From assembly GCA_902773295.1 (NCBI GenBank), contig CACYDT010000106.1, positions 4,028 to 68,027 on the forward strand: a stretch of 64,000 nt of DNA. The letters run 5' to 3'. The stretch comes from an uncultured Veillonellaceae bacterium (lineage in GTDB: Bacteria; Bacillota; Negativicutes; Selenomonadales; Selenomonadaceae). Shown one piece after another: positions 53,042-60,932 of the stretch (within the stretch, counting starts at the first letter, position 1; the number at the start of each line of letters is the position of its first letter). The notes under the pieces were generated by a model. The model was not told the DNA's origin. It was given only the letters and a program-made list of their open reading frames with translations, and made no database searches. Position numbers and translations under genes: made by a program.

Positions 53042-55141
53042 GTGAGATACCCAGAAGGAAATCCAATGGGACGGGATTTATTCAGGGCATTGGAACAGCG
53101 GGCGGAGAAAAAAGCTTATGATGATGAATTCTTGTTGCTCCTTGTAGAATATCAGCGTATGTATCCGAAATCCGAGCACTTCGATATCTTTTACGGGTGC
53201 TATGCTGCTTTTCACGGGAATTATGGCGTGGCCTTGGAGCATGCACGAAAGGCATATAGGAGACGAAAGGCATGTCGCGAGGTGTGGAAGCTTCTTGCAG
53301 GATGCTATCATGCCTTGGGGGAGCATGAGAAAGCTGTCCCGTTTGAAGGATATCTCAGCAAGTTTTCAGGCGTGCCGGCGTATGTGACGGTTCCCGTGGA
53401 TTATATGCCACAGGCATTAAAGGAACTGAGCCTTACGAAAGGAGAGGCCATGTATGCCCCCTTATGTGTGAGCAAATGTTCTTTGAAGGACGGAAATGTA
53501 GTTGTGCAGGGAGGCATGTTTTGCGGTGAGATGATTCCCTTCTCGTCGGACAGGGAAGGGTATGGCTATTGGGTTGGCGCATACAATGAAGCCGGTTCCA
53601 TTGGTGGTCCGGGAAAGCTGATGCAGAATGTGGGAATGTCGGACGAGGCATTGGAGTCAGGCGCTGCGGATATTGTGTATGATGTTGTTCGTGCGAAAGA
53701 AGCGAAAGAAGCATTTGTGGATCTGCAGGGAGATACGCTTATTGTTCCTGTCGCTGCAACATCCGGGAACCAGGTTGCAGCGTTTCAGGGGCGGGATCTG
53801 GACGATTCTGCTCTCCTTGGGCAATGGGAGTACGATTTTTTTCGTATGGACCGGCCTGCCCGCATATCTTCTGAGTCTCCGCTTGCCTTTGGCAGGCCAA
53901 TCCGATTGGGGCATAGCAATAAACGGAGAAAACTTGTGCTGAATATTTTGGTGGATGCACTTAGTTGGAACGAGTTCCGCAAGCAAGGATTCCGGCATAT
54001 GCCGCGCATGATGAAGTTCTTTTCTGAAGGGGTGGTGTTTGACCAGCATTTTTCGGCGGCAGAATATACGTATCCATCCTTGGCTTCCATCGAAACGGGG
54101 ATGTATCCGTATCATTCCCAGCTTTACCAGGAAGGCGTGGTCGTGCAGCTCGACGAGGAGTATACGACACTGTCGGAGCGCATGAAAGAATTGGGATATT
54201 ATTGCGTCAATATTATGGGGCAAGGGGGAGGGCTGTACAATGGCGTGATGCGTGGGTATGACAGGCTTTTGATCAGTGCCTATGACTTGCCGGCATATGC
54301 AGGCGTGGAACGAGCCATTCGTCATTTAGAGGCATTTTCGGAATGTGACCAGTTCTTGTTCTGCCATTTTCTGGAAGTTCATCCATGGTCATCAAAAGTA
54401 GCTCATGTAGGTATGGGAGTGCAAACGAAGCTTTCCTTGAAGGATAGGATGAACGGAAAGGAAAAGCGTGTGCCGAGTGTGTTCCTTCCCAAATCTCCCT
54501 TGTATCAGATGGCCAACCGACAGGCGATGGAGAATACAGACCGAAGTTTGGGGGTGCTGTTTGACTACATTGCAGAGCATTATGATGAGGATGAGTATAT
54601 CGTACAGCTGTATTCCGATCATGGTGTTTCCGTCTATGATGAAGTCCCGTACATTTTGAGCGACAATGCGACGAGCGCTGCATGGATGCTGCGTGGGCAT
54701 GGTGTTCCGAAAAAAGGGATGGTAGAAGAGCTGACAAGTGCGGTGGACATCTATCCGACTCTTGGAAAATTGGCAGGGTTCCCGACAGGGGACTGGGTGG
54801 ATGGCAATCTTCCAGCGGCATTTGGAGGCAGGGAACGAGAATGTGTATATAGTAATTCCTTATATCCTGGGCAGACATACAAGCTCTGCATTAGGACGAG
54901 GGAACATGAGTTTCGTTTGGAATCCTTGGGCGCTGTGCATGAGGATGGAACGGTGGATCTTTCCGGGGCGGAGCTGACAGTTTGTACACGAGATGCGTCC
55001 CATCGTCCCGTGGAAGATCCGGCAGTCATGAACCGTTTCCTCGAGCTGGCGAAGGAATATACGGAATCCTTCAACAACGAGGGCCGCCAATGGCGTCTCT
55101 TGCCGGAACCGGAGCAGTACGGCAAGGAAAAGAAATTTTGA
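53042..55141 (+). CDS. Cytoplasmic Thr-type sulfatase-fold protein, paralog 4 of 5
   Basis: GTG start after GGGAGGA. LNILVDALSW, EYTYPSLASIETGMYPYHS, YSDHG, VDIYPTLGKLAGFP. Closest to paralog 1 along its whole length. Confidence 0.7.
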   Translation: MRYPEGNPMGRDLFRALEQRAEKKAYDDEFLLLLVEYQRMYPKSEHFDIFYGCYAAFHGNYGVALEHARKAYRRRKACREVWKLLAGCYHALGEHEKAVPFEGYLSKFSGVPAYVTVPVDYMPQALKELSLTKGEAMYAPLCVSKCSLKDGNVVVQGGMFCGEMIPFSSDREGYGYWVGAYNEAGSIGGPGKLMQNVGMSDEALESGAADIVYDVVRAKEAKEAFVDLQGDTLIVPVAATSGNQVAAFQGRDLDDSALLGQWEYDFFRMDRPARISSESPLAFGRPIRLGHSNKRRKLVLNILVDALSWNEFRKQGFRHMPRMMKFFSEGVVFDQHFSAAEYTYPSLASIETGMYPYHSQLYQEGVVVQLDEEYTTLSERMKELGYYCVNIMGQGGGLYNGVMRGYDRLLISAYDLPAYAGVERAIRHLEAFSECDQFLFCHFLEVHPWSSKVAHVGMGVQTKLSLKDRMNGKEKRVPSVFLPKSPLYQMANRQAMENTDRSLGVLFDYIAEHYDEDEYIVQLYSDHGVSVYDEVPYILSDNATSAAWMLRGHGVPKKGMVEELTSAVDIYPTLGKLAGFPTGDWVDGNLPAAFGGRERECVYSNSLYPGQTYKLCIRTREHEFRLESLGAVHEDGTVDLSGAELTVCTRDASHRPVEDPAVMNRFLELAKEYTESFNNEGRQWRLLPEPEQYGKEKKF

Positions 55142-55143
55142 CG

Positions 55144-55172
55144 TTGACAAAATATGCATTTATCGGTATGCT
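55144..55172 (+). promoter_or_regulatory. Partial copy of the csp promoter: TTGACA-N17-TATGCT
   Basis: Identical to 57370-57396 through the -35 box and spacer (ttgacaaaatatgcatttatcggtat), then diverges. Lies upstream of paralog 5. Confidence 0.45.
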
Positions 55173-55255
55173 GCAGAATTCTTAGACAATGAGAGGCAGT
55201 GTTGGAAGTTACGTGAATTGAAGATATGTTTTGCAAGGGCTGAGGGGGGAATGAT

Positions 55256-57367
55256 GTGGAATATCCAGGAGGAAATGCAGAAGGAAAGAAGCAGTTTCAA
55301 ACATTGGAGGATCGGGCGAAAAAGAATCTTTACGATGATGAGTTTTTGCTGCTTCTCATAGAATATCAGCGCATGTATCCTCAATCAGAACATTTCGATA
55401 TTTTTTATGCCCGGTATGCCGCATTCCATGGGAATTACCGGGTGGCATTGGAACATGCAGAAAAGGCTCGCCGGAAGCGCATGGTCAATTTTGAAGTGTG
55501 GAAGCTCTTGATAGAATGCTATACTGCGTTGGGGCAGATAGAAAAAGCAATGATCTTCCAGGGATATTGCTGCAAATTTTATGGAAGAGCAGTGAAAGCG
55601 GTGATGCCCAAGGGGAAATTGCAGGAATGCCTGGACAATCTGACGCTGTCCATGAACTGTGGAAATTACGCGCCTTTCTGCGAGAAGAGAATGTATTTTT
55701 GGAAAATGTCTTTGCGTGAACGAAATGGCATCTGGGGAGGGGAGTATCTTCCGTTACCGCAGGATCAAAATGGTTACTCTTACTGGATCGGCGCGTACAA
55801 TGAATTGAGTATTCGGGGAGGGCGCGGTATGCTCCTGGAAGATGCGAAGAAGCTGGAGCATTTCTTTCAGGCAGCAGGCGGCGATTTTGTCTTTGACATT
55901 ATGCGATCGAAGAGCAGGAAGGAGTGGGTCGTGAAGCCGGGCAAGGCACCTATGATTTTGCCGATTGCAGCGACGGAACAGGCGCAAAACGTGCGATTTC
56001 GCGCAGAAGGGCTGGAAGATGAGGTGCGCTTGGGGCAGTGGGAATACAATTTCTTTCGCATGGACAGGGAGACCAGGGTATCCTCTGCATCGGAAGCGCC
56101 TCTGGTATTTGGGCGTCCGATTCCTTTGGGGCATAGCAAGAGGCGCAGGCGCATTGTCTTGCACATCCTGCTGGATGCCTTGAACTGGAACATGCTGAAG
56201 GAGCAAGCATCCCTGTACATGCCTCATACCATGGAGTTTTTTTCCAAAGGGGTGATTTTCCGTCAGCATTTTTCGGTAGGGGAGTATACCTACCCGTCCT
56301 TGCCGACCATCGAGACAGGCATGTATCCCCATCATTCCCAGATTTTCAACGAACGGGCGGCTGTCCAGCTTGCTCCCGAATATATTACGTTGTCGGAACG
56401 CATGAAGGATTTAGGGTATTATTGTGCCTATGTCATGGGGGGAGGGCATGGCATTTACAATGAGACCACGCGGGGATACGATCGCTTGCTGGTCAATTCC
56501 TATGATTTGCCGGCGTATGTTGGCGTGGATCGCGTGATCCGGCAGTTGGAAGGACTTTCCGAGTGCGATCAGTTCCTGCTTTTGCATGTCATGGAAGCGC
56601 ATCCTTGGAGCATCAGGAAATTTCCGGTTTGCTTTGAGACTCAAGTGAAGACTTCCTTGCAAGAAGCACTGTCAAAGGAGCGGGAAGGACTTGCGAGCGT
56701 ATATCTGCCCAATTCGTCGGTTTACCAGGAAGCCAACCGTCAGGGCATGAGGCGCATAGATCGGAATTTGAAGCACCTGTTCGATTTTATTCGGGAGCGG
56801 TATGATGAAGATGAGTACGTTGTACAGCTTTACTCCGATCATGGCAGCCCCATTTATGATGATGCCCCCGGTATTCTAAGCGACGGTCAGACGTGGTCGG
56901 CATATATGGTGAGAGGAGCCGGTGTTCCGAAACGGGGCATGGTGGAAGAACTCACGAGCGCAGTAGACATCTACCCTGTGCTTGGGAAGTTGGCGGGCTT
57001 TCCCGTGGGAGAATGGGTGGATGGCAATCTTCCGGCCGTTTTCGGTGGAACGGAACGCGATCATGTCATAAGTTATTCCATGTTCCCGGGACAGACCTAT
57101 AAGCTCTGCATCCGGACCAAAGTGCATGAGTTCTATCTGGAATCTACGGAGCCTGTCAACGAGGATGGTACGGTAGACCTGTCCGGGGCTGAGCTGTCCG
57201 TTCATACAAGAGATGGGTCTCGCCGGCCGGTGACGGAGCCGGCAGTCATGGACCGCTTCCTCGAGCTGGTGAAGGGATACACGAAATCCTTCAACCACGA
57301 AGGCCGCCAATGGCGATCCATGATAGAGTCCAGGCCGGAGTGGTACGGCAAGGAAAAGAAATTTTGA
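55256..57367 (+). CDS. Cytoplasmic Thr-type sulfatase-fold protein, paralog 5 of 5 (mosaic)
   Basis: GTG start. LHILLDALNW, EYTYPSLPTIETGMYPHHS, YSDHG, VDIYPVLGKLAGFP. The head is near-identical to paralog 3 and the body and tail are like paralog 2. Confidence 0.7.
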   Translation: MEYPGGNAEGKKQFQTLEDRAKKNLYDDEFLLLLIEYQRMYPQSEHFDIFYARYAAFHGNYRVALEHAEKARRKRMVNFEVWKLLIECYTALGQIEKAMIFQGYCCKFYGRAVKAVMPKGKLQECLDNLTLSMNCGNYAPFCEKRMYFWKMSLRERNGIWGGEYLPLPQDQNGYSYWIGAYNELSIRGGRGMLLEDAKKLEHFFQAAGGDFVFDIMRSKSRKEWVVKPGKAPMILPIAATEQAQNVRFRAEGLEDEVRLGQWEYNFFRMDRETRVSSASEAPLVFGRPIPLGHSKRRRRIVLHILLDALNWNMLKEQASLYMPHTMEFFSKGVIFRQHFSVGEYTYPSLPTIETGMYPHHSQIFNERAAVQLAPEYITLSERMKDLGYYCAYVMGGGHGIYNETTRGYDRLLVNSYDLPAYVGVDRVIRQLEGLSECDQFLLLHVMEAHPWSIRKFPVCFETQVKTSLQEALSKEREGLASVYLPNSSVYQEANRQGMRRIDRNLKHLFDFIRERYDEDEYVVQLYSDHGSPIYDDAPGILSDGQTWSAYMVRGAGVPKRGMVEELTSAVDIYPVLGKLAGFPVGEWVDGNLPAVFGGTERDHVISYSMFPGQTYKLCIRTKVHEFYLESTEPVNEDGTVDLSGAELSVHTRDGSRRPVTEPAVMDRFLELVKGYTKSFNHEGRQWRSMIESRPEWYGKEKKF

Positions 57368-57369
57368 CG

Positions 57370-57398
57370 TTGACAAAATATGCATTTATCGGTATAAT
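57370..57398 (+). promoter_or_regulatory. Consensus sigma-70 promoter TTGACA-N17-TATAAT of the cold-shock gene
   Basis: ttgaca at 57370-57375 and tataat at 57393-57398. Confidence 0.8.
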
Positions 57399-57452
57399 AT
57401 CACTCATGGCTATCCATCGGCCAGGGTTTATTAGATTTAGGGGGAATTTTAC

Positions 57453-57653
57453 ATGGTAGGCAAGGTTAAATGGTTCAGCGCTGAAAAGGGCTATGGATTC
57501 ATTGAAAGGGAAGACGGCGACGATGTGTTCGTTCATTTTTCCGCAATCCAGGATGAGGGCTTCAAGACTCTGACGGAAGGCCAGGGCGTTGAATTTGACA
57601 TCGTGGAAGGTGCCCGTGGTCCGCAGGCGGCGAATGTCGTTAAGACGGCCTGA
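57453..57653 (+). CDS. Cold-shock protein (CspA family)
   Basis: [33 protein letters not shown] contains the RNP1 and RNP2 motifs. 66 aa. Confidence 0.95.
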   Translation: MVGKVKWFSAEKGYGFIEREDGDDVFVHFSAIQDEGFKTLTEGQGVEFDIVEGARGPQAANVVKTA

Positions 57654-57671
57654 TCTTTATATCGCAATTAT

Positions 57672-57705
57672 CCCGGTCTGCTTGGGCAGGCCGGGTTTTG
57701 TTTTT
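57672..57705 (+). terminator. Intrinsic terminator after csp
   Basis: cccggtctgc ttgg gcaggccggg, followed by ttttgttttt. Confidence 0.85.
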
Positions 57706-57805
57706 CAAGGAGAAAATTTTCCTGTTCCGCTGCAAAGGAAAAGAAGGGATTTTCTCTTGGATGAAGAATATTAAGTATAAGCACAGAAGAAAGGGGATGT
57801 GTCAC

Positions 57806-58348
57806 GTGGCAACATTCACTGTAAGAGGCAAGAACATCGAGATTACTCCTTCGCTTCGGGAGTATGTGGAGAAGCGCGTAGGCAAGATCGAGAAATATTT
57901 CGAGAAGGTTGATGAGATCACCGTGCTCCTGACGGTGTCCAAGGGCCGCCATATCGTGGAGGTTACGGTGCCGGTATCAGGCGGCGTACTGCTTCGTGGC
58001 GAGGAGGCCACGATGGATATGTATACATCGATTGATCTGGTGGTGGAGAAACTGGAACGCCAGATCCGGAAGCAGAAGACGAAACTGGAGCGCCGCTTCC
58101 GCCAGGGCGGCTTCAAGTCCGAGGCGGTGCAGGAAGGCCCCATTCCGACAAAAGACGAGGGAGAAGAGTACACGGTGGTGAAGACGAAGAAGTTCGTGGT
58201 GAAGCCCATGGATACCCAGGAGGCTATCATGCAGATGAACCTCCTGAACCACAATTTCTTCGTGTTCCGGGATTCCTCCACGGAAGCGGTCAATGTGGTC
58301 TACCGTCGCACGGATGGGAACTACGGGTTGATTGAATCAGAGAATTGA
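57806..58348 (+). CDS. hpf: Ribosome hibernation-promoting factor, long form (HPF/YvyD)
   Basis: ATFTVRGKNIEITPSLREYVEKRVGKIEKYF...VEVTV plus the C-terminal dimerisation domain (VVKTKKF.VKPM...EAI.QMNLL.H.FFVF...T..VNV.YRR.DG.YGLIE). A GTG start at 57806 is preferred. An ATG at 57797 is also possible. Confidence 0.9.
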   Translation: MATFTVRGKNIEITPSLREYVEKRVGKIEKYFEKVDEITVLLTVSKGRHIVEVTVPVSGGVLLRGEEATMDMYTSIDLVVEKLERQIRKQKTKLERRFRQGGFKSEAVQEGPIPTKDEGEEYTVVKTKKFVVKPMDTQEAIMQMNLLNHNFFVFRDSSTEAVNVVYRRTDGNYGLIESEN

Positions 58349-58465
58349 CAGAGTGCGGCCATCTTGTGTGTGGAAGGTGGATGCGTGATTGGATGGACGA
58401 TCCTAAGGCTTGCTTCCGGCAAGCCTTATTCTATTCCATCCCATGCAGTACGGGGAGGGGCAGGG

Positions 58466-59623
58466 ATGTTTCAGGTAGCGTTATACGGTACGGGCGAGGG
58501 CGGCATTCTCATGCGGAGAATCATTGAGGAGGCATATAATGAGGTTGCCGGGCGGCATCAGGGGGACAGGATGTCGGTGGCGGCATGGGTGACGGACCGG
58601 GAGGGTTCAAGCTCCGTGATGGACGGATTGGCGGTACTTGATATTGAGAGATTCCGGGCACTCTATTCCAAAGGGCTTTTCCATGGGATCATCCTTCCGC
58701 GAGAGGAGTTCTTTGGCATGGCTCAGCCGATCATCCGGCTTCTTCATAGCGGCGTGGACGTACGGGACATCTATGTGTCAAAGCGGGTGACCACAACAGA
58801 GTTCAAGGAAGGGGAACTGCTTTCCTTTTTTGAGCCATATCTTAGTGCGAAGTACCTGCCCTATCTTGAGTTTCATGTGGCAGACCACTGCAATTTGAGG
58901 TGCAAGGCATGCGAGCATTACTCAGGACTTGTCACCGAGCCGCATGTTCCGGAGTTTTCCTGTTTTGCCAAGGATATGCAGAGGCTTCAATCCTTCATCG
59001 ACGATATTGGCATGATACGGATTTTGGGCGGAGAACCCTTGCTGAATCCGGATATCAATGATTATATGACATTGACAAGAGAACTCTACCCTTATGCTGT
59101 CATTTGCGTGGTGACCAATGGGCTGCGCCTCTTGGAAATGCCGGAGGACTTTTTCCGGACGATGCGGGAGCAAAGGGTGCATGTCCATCTTTCGGCTTAT
59201 CCGCCCATGAGGGAAAGGATTCCTGCCATGGAAGCCAAATTGAGGGAGGAGGGAATTTTGTGCATCACGTCGCCTGTTTCGGAGACTTTTCAGATGAATC
59301 AGAGTCTTGATGCGGCGAAAAACTCTGATTATTTCTACAAATGTTTCCAATCAAGATGCCATAATTTCTATGAGGGAAAGTTGGCGATATGTCCTCTTCC
59401 TTTTATGACGAAGTACTTCAATGCATATTTCAAGCAATGCCTGCCGGAGGATGGGCAGATTGACCTGTATGACGGCTCGTTGACCACGGAAGAACTGAAG
59501 ATTCGCTTGCTTACTCCACTGGAACGCTGTCGGTATTGCCGAAATCCCGTTCCGGTGGAGTGGAAGCAGATTAGGAAACAGAGCGTCCTGTCGGACTGGA
59601 TTGAAGAAGGGAAAAAACAATGA
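58466..59623 (+). CDS. Radical SAM protein with extra C-terminal Cys motifs; function unknown
   Basis: CX3CX2C in HVADHCNLRCKACEHYS. C-terminal Cys residues (CFQSRC...CPLP...CRYC) suggest an auxiliary cluster. An N-terminal domain of about 120 aa (FQVALYGTGEGG). The stop overlaps the pepM start (ATGA). Confidence 0.7.
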   Translation: MFQVALYGTGEGGILMRRIIEEAYNEVAGRHQGDRMSVAAWVTDREGSSSVMDGLAVLDIERFRALYSKGLFHGIILPREEFFGMAQPIIRLLHSGVDVRDIYVSKRVTTTEFKEGELLSFFEPYLSAKYLPYLEFHVADHCNLRCKACEHYSGLVTEPHVPEFSCFAKDMQRLQSFIDDIGMIRILGGEPLLNPDINDYMTLTRELYPYAVICVVTNGLRLLEMPEDFFRTMREQRVHVHLSAYPPMRERIPAMEAKLREEGILCITSPVSETFQMNQSLDAAKNSDYFYKCFQSRCHNFYEGKLAICPLPFMTKYFNAYFKQCLPEDGQIDLYDGSLTTEELKIRLLTPLERCRYCRNPVPVEWKQIRKQSVLSDWIEEGKKQ

Positions 59624-60915
59624 AGAAAGTCTATACTTGTTTTTGCACAGATGTAATACATGAGGGGCATTTGAACATTCTTCGGAAGGCAGAGGAGTAT
59701 GGCGAGGTGGTCGTCGGAGTCCTTTGCGATCCGGAAATGGTGCGTTACAACCGATTTCCAAGCAAGTCCCAGGAGGAGCGCATTGCCATGGTGGAGGCGC
59801 TGCCCGGGGTATCGAAGGTCGTTGTCCAGCAGGAAATCATGTATGACAGGATTCTGGAGGAACTGCGTCCGGACTATGTCATTCATGGGGACAACTGGAA
59901 GGAAGGACCGGCATCCTGCATCCGTGAGAATGTGCTATCGGCATTGGGAAAATACGGCGGCGAGCTCATTGAGGTTCCCTATACCCGCAGCCTGGCCGTG
60001 GCGAAGGTGGACGATCGCATGCGGGAGCTTCTGGCCATGCCGGAGCAAAGGCGGGGCAGGCTTCGGAAGCTTATCGATATGGTTCCCGTCGTCAAGACCA
60101 TCGAAGTGCACAGCGGCCTCACAGGGCTCATTGCGGAGAAGACGATCGTCCAGAACAATGAGGGAGTGGATCAGTTCGATGCCATGTGGATTTCCAGTCT
60201 TTGCGATTCCACGGAAAAGGGGAAGCCGGATATCGAACTGGTGGATATGTCCTCCCGCATCCGCACCATCGAGGATGTCATGGACGTGACGACGAAGCCC
60301 ATCATACTGGATGCTGATACAGGCGGACTCATCGAACATTTCGTCTATCACGTGAGGACATTGGAGCGCATGGGGGTCTCCGCCATCATCCTGGAAGACA
60401 AGGTGGGGCTGAAGAAGAACTCCTTGTTCGGTACGGAGGTGGAGCAGACCCAGGATAGCGTCGAGCATTTCAGCGAGAAGATTGCGGCGGGAAAGGCAGC
60501 CCAGCGCACGGAGGAATTCATGATCATTGCCCGCATTGAGAGCCTGATTCTGGAAAAGGGCGTGGAAGATGCTTTGGAGCGGGCAAGGGCGTATGTGAAG
60601 GCAGGTGCGGACGGCATCATGATTCACTCCAGGAAGAAGGAGCCGGATGAGGTTTTTGCTTTCTGCAAGTCCTTCCGGGCAGAGTTCCCAAAGGTTCCCT
60701 TGGTCGCTGTGCCCACATCCTATCGGCAGGTGACGGAGAAAGAACTGGCAAAGTGGGGCATCAATATCGTCATTTATGCCAACCAGCTTCTTCGGAGCGC
60801 ATTCCCTGCCATGGAGCGCACGGCCAAGAGCATCCTCGTGAACCATAGGGCGCTGGAGGCAGACAAGGATATGATGCCGATCAAAGACATCATTTCCTTG
60901 GTGGATACTTTGTAG
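59620..60915 (+). CDS. pepM: Bifunctional cytidylyltransferase-like domain plus phosphoenolpyruvate mutase
   Basis: N-terminal domain with HxGH (CFCTDVIHEGHLNIL), as in TagD-type cytidylyltransferases. The C-terminal domain has the PEP mutase-diagnostic EDKxxxxxNS (ILEDKVGLKKNS) plus DADTGG. Confidence 0.85.
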   Translation: MKKVYTCFCTDVIHEGHLNILRKAEEYGEVVVGVLCDPEMVRYNRFPSKSQEERIAMVEALPGVSKVVVQQEIMYDRILEELRPDYVIHGDNWKEGPASCIRENVLSALGKYGGELIEVPYTRSLAVAKVDDRMRELLAMPEQRRGRLRKLIDMVPVVKTIEVHSGLTGLIAEKTIVQNNEGVDQFDAMWISSLCDSTEKGKPDIELVDMSSRIRTIEDVMDVTTKPIILDADTGGLIEHFVYHVRTLERMGVSAIILEDKVGLKKNSLFGTEVEQTQDSVEHFSEKIAAGKAAQRTEEFMIIARIESLILEKGVEDALERARAYVKAGADGIMIHSRKKEPDEVFAFCKSFRAEFPKVPLVAVPTSYRQVTEKELAKWGINIVIYANQLLRSAFPAMERTAKSILVNHRALEADKDMMPIKDIISLVDTL

Positions 60916-60932
60916 AGCGGAGGGTATGGAAT

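Noticed and set aside
44804-57367. Annotating the five paralogs as sulfatases (arylsulfatase type)
   Set aside because: The formylglycine motif C/S-x-P-x-R is replaced by T-Y-P-x-L in all five. No anaerobic sulfatase-maturase-like partner is adjacent, and the proteins look cytoplasmic. A phosphoryl or phosphonyl transferase or esterase role fits better.
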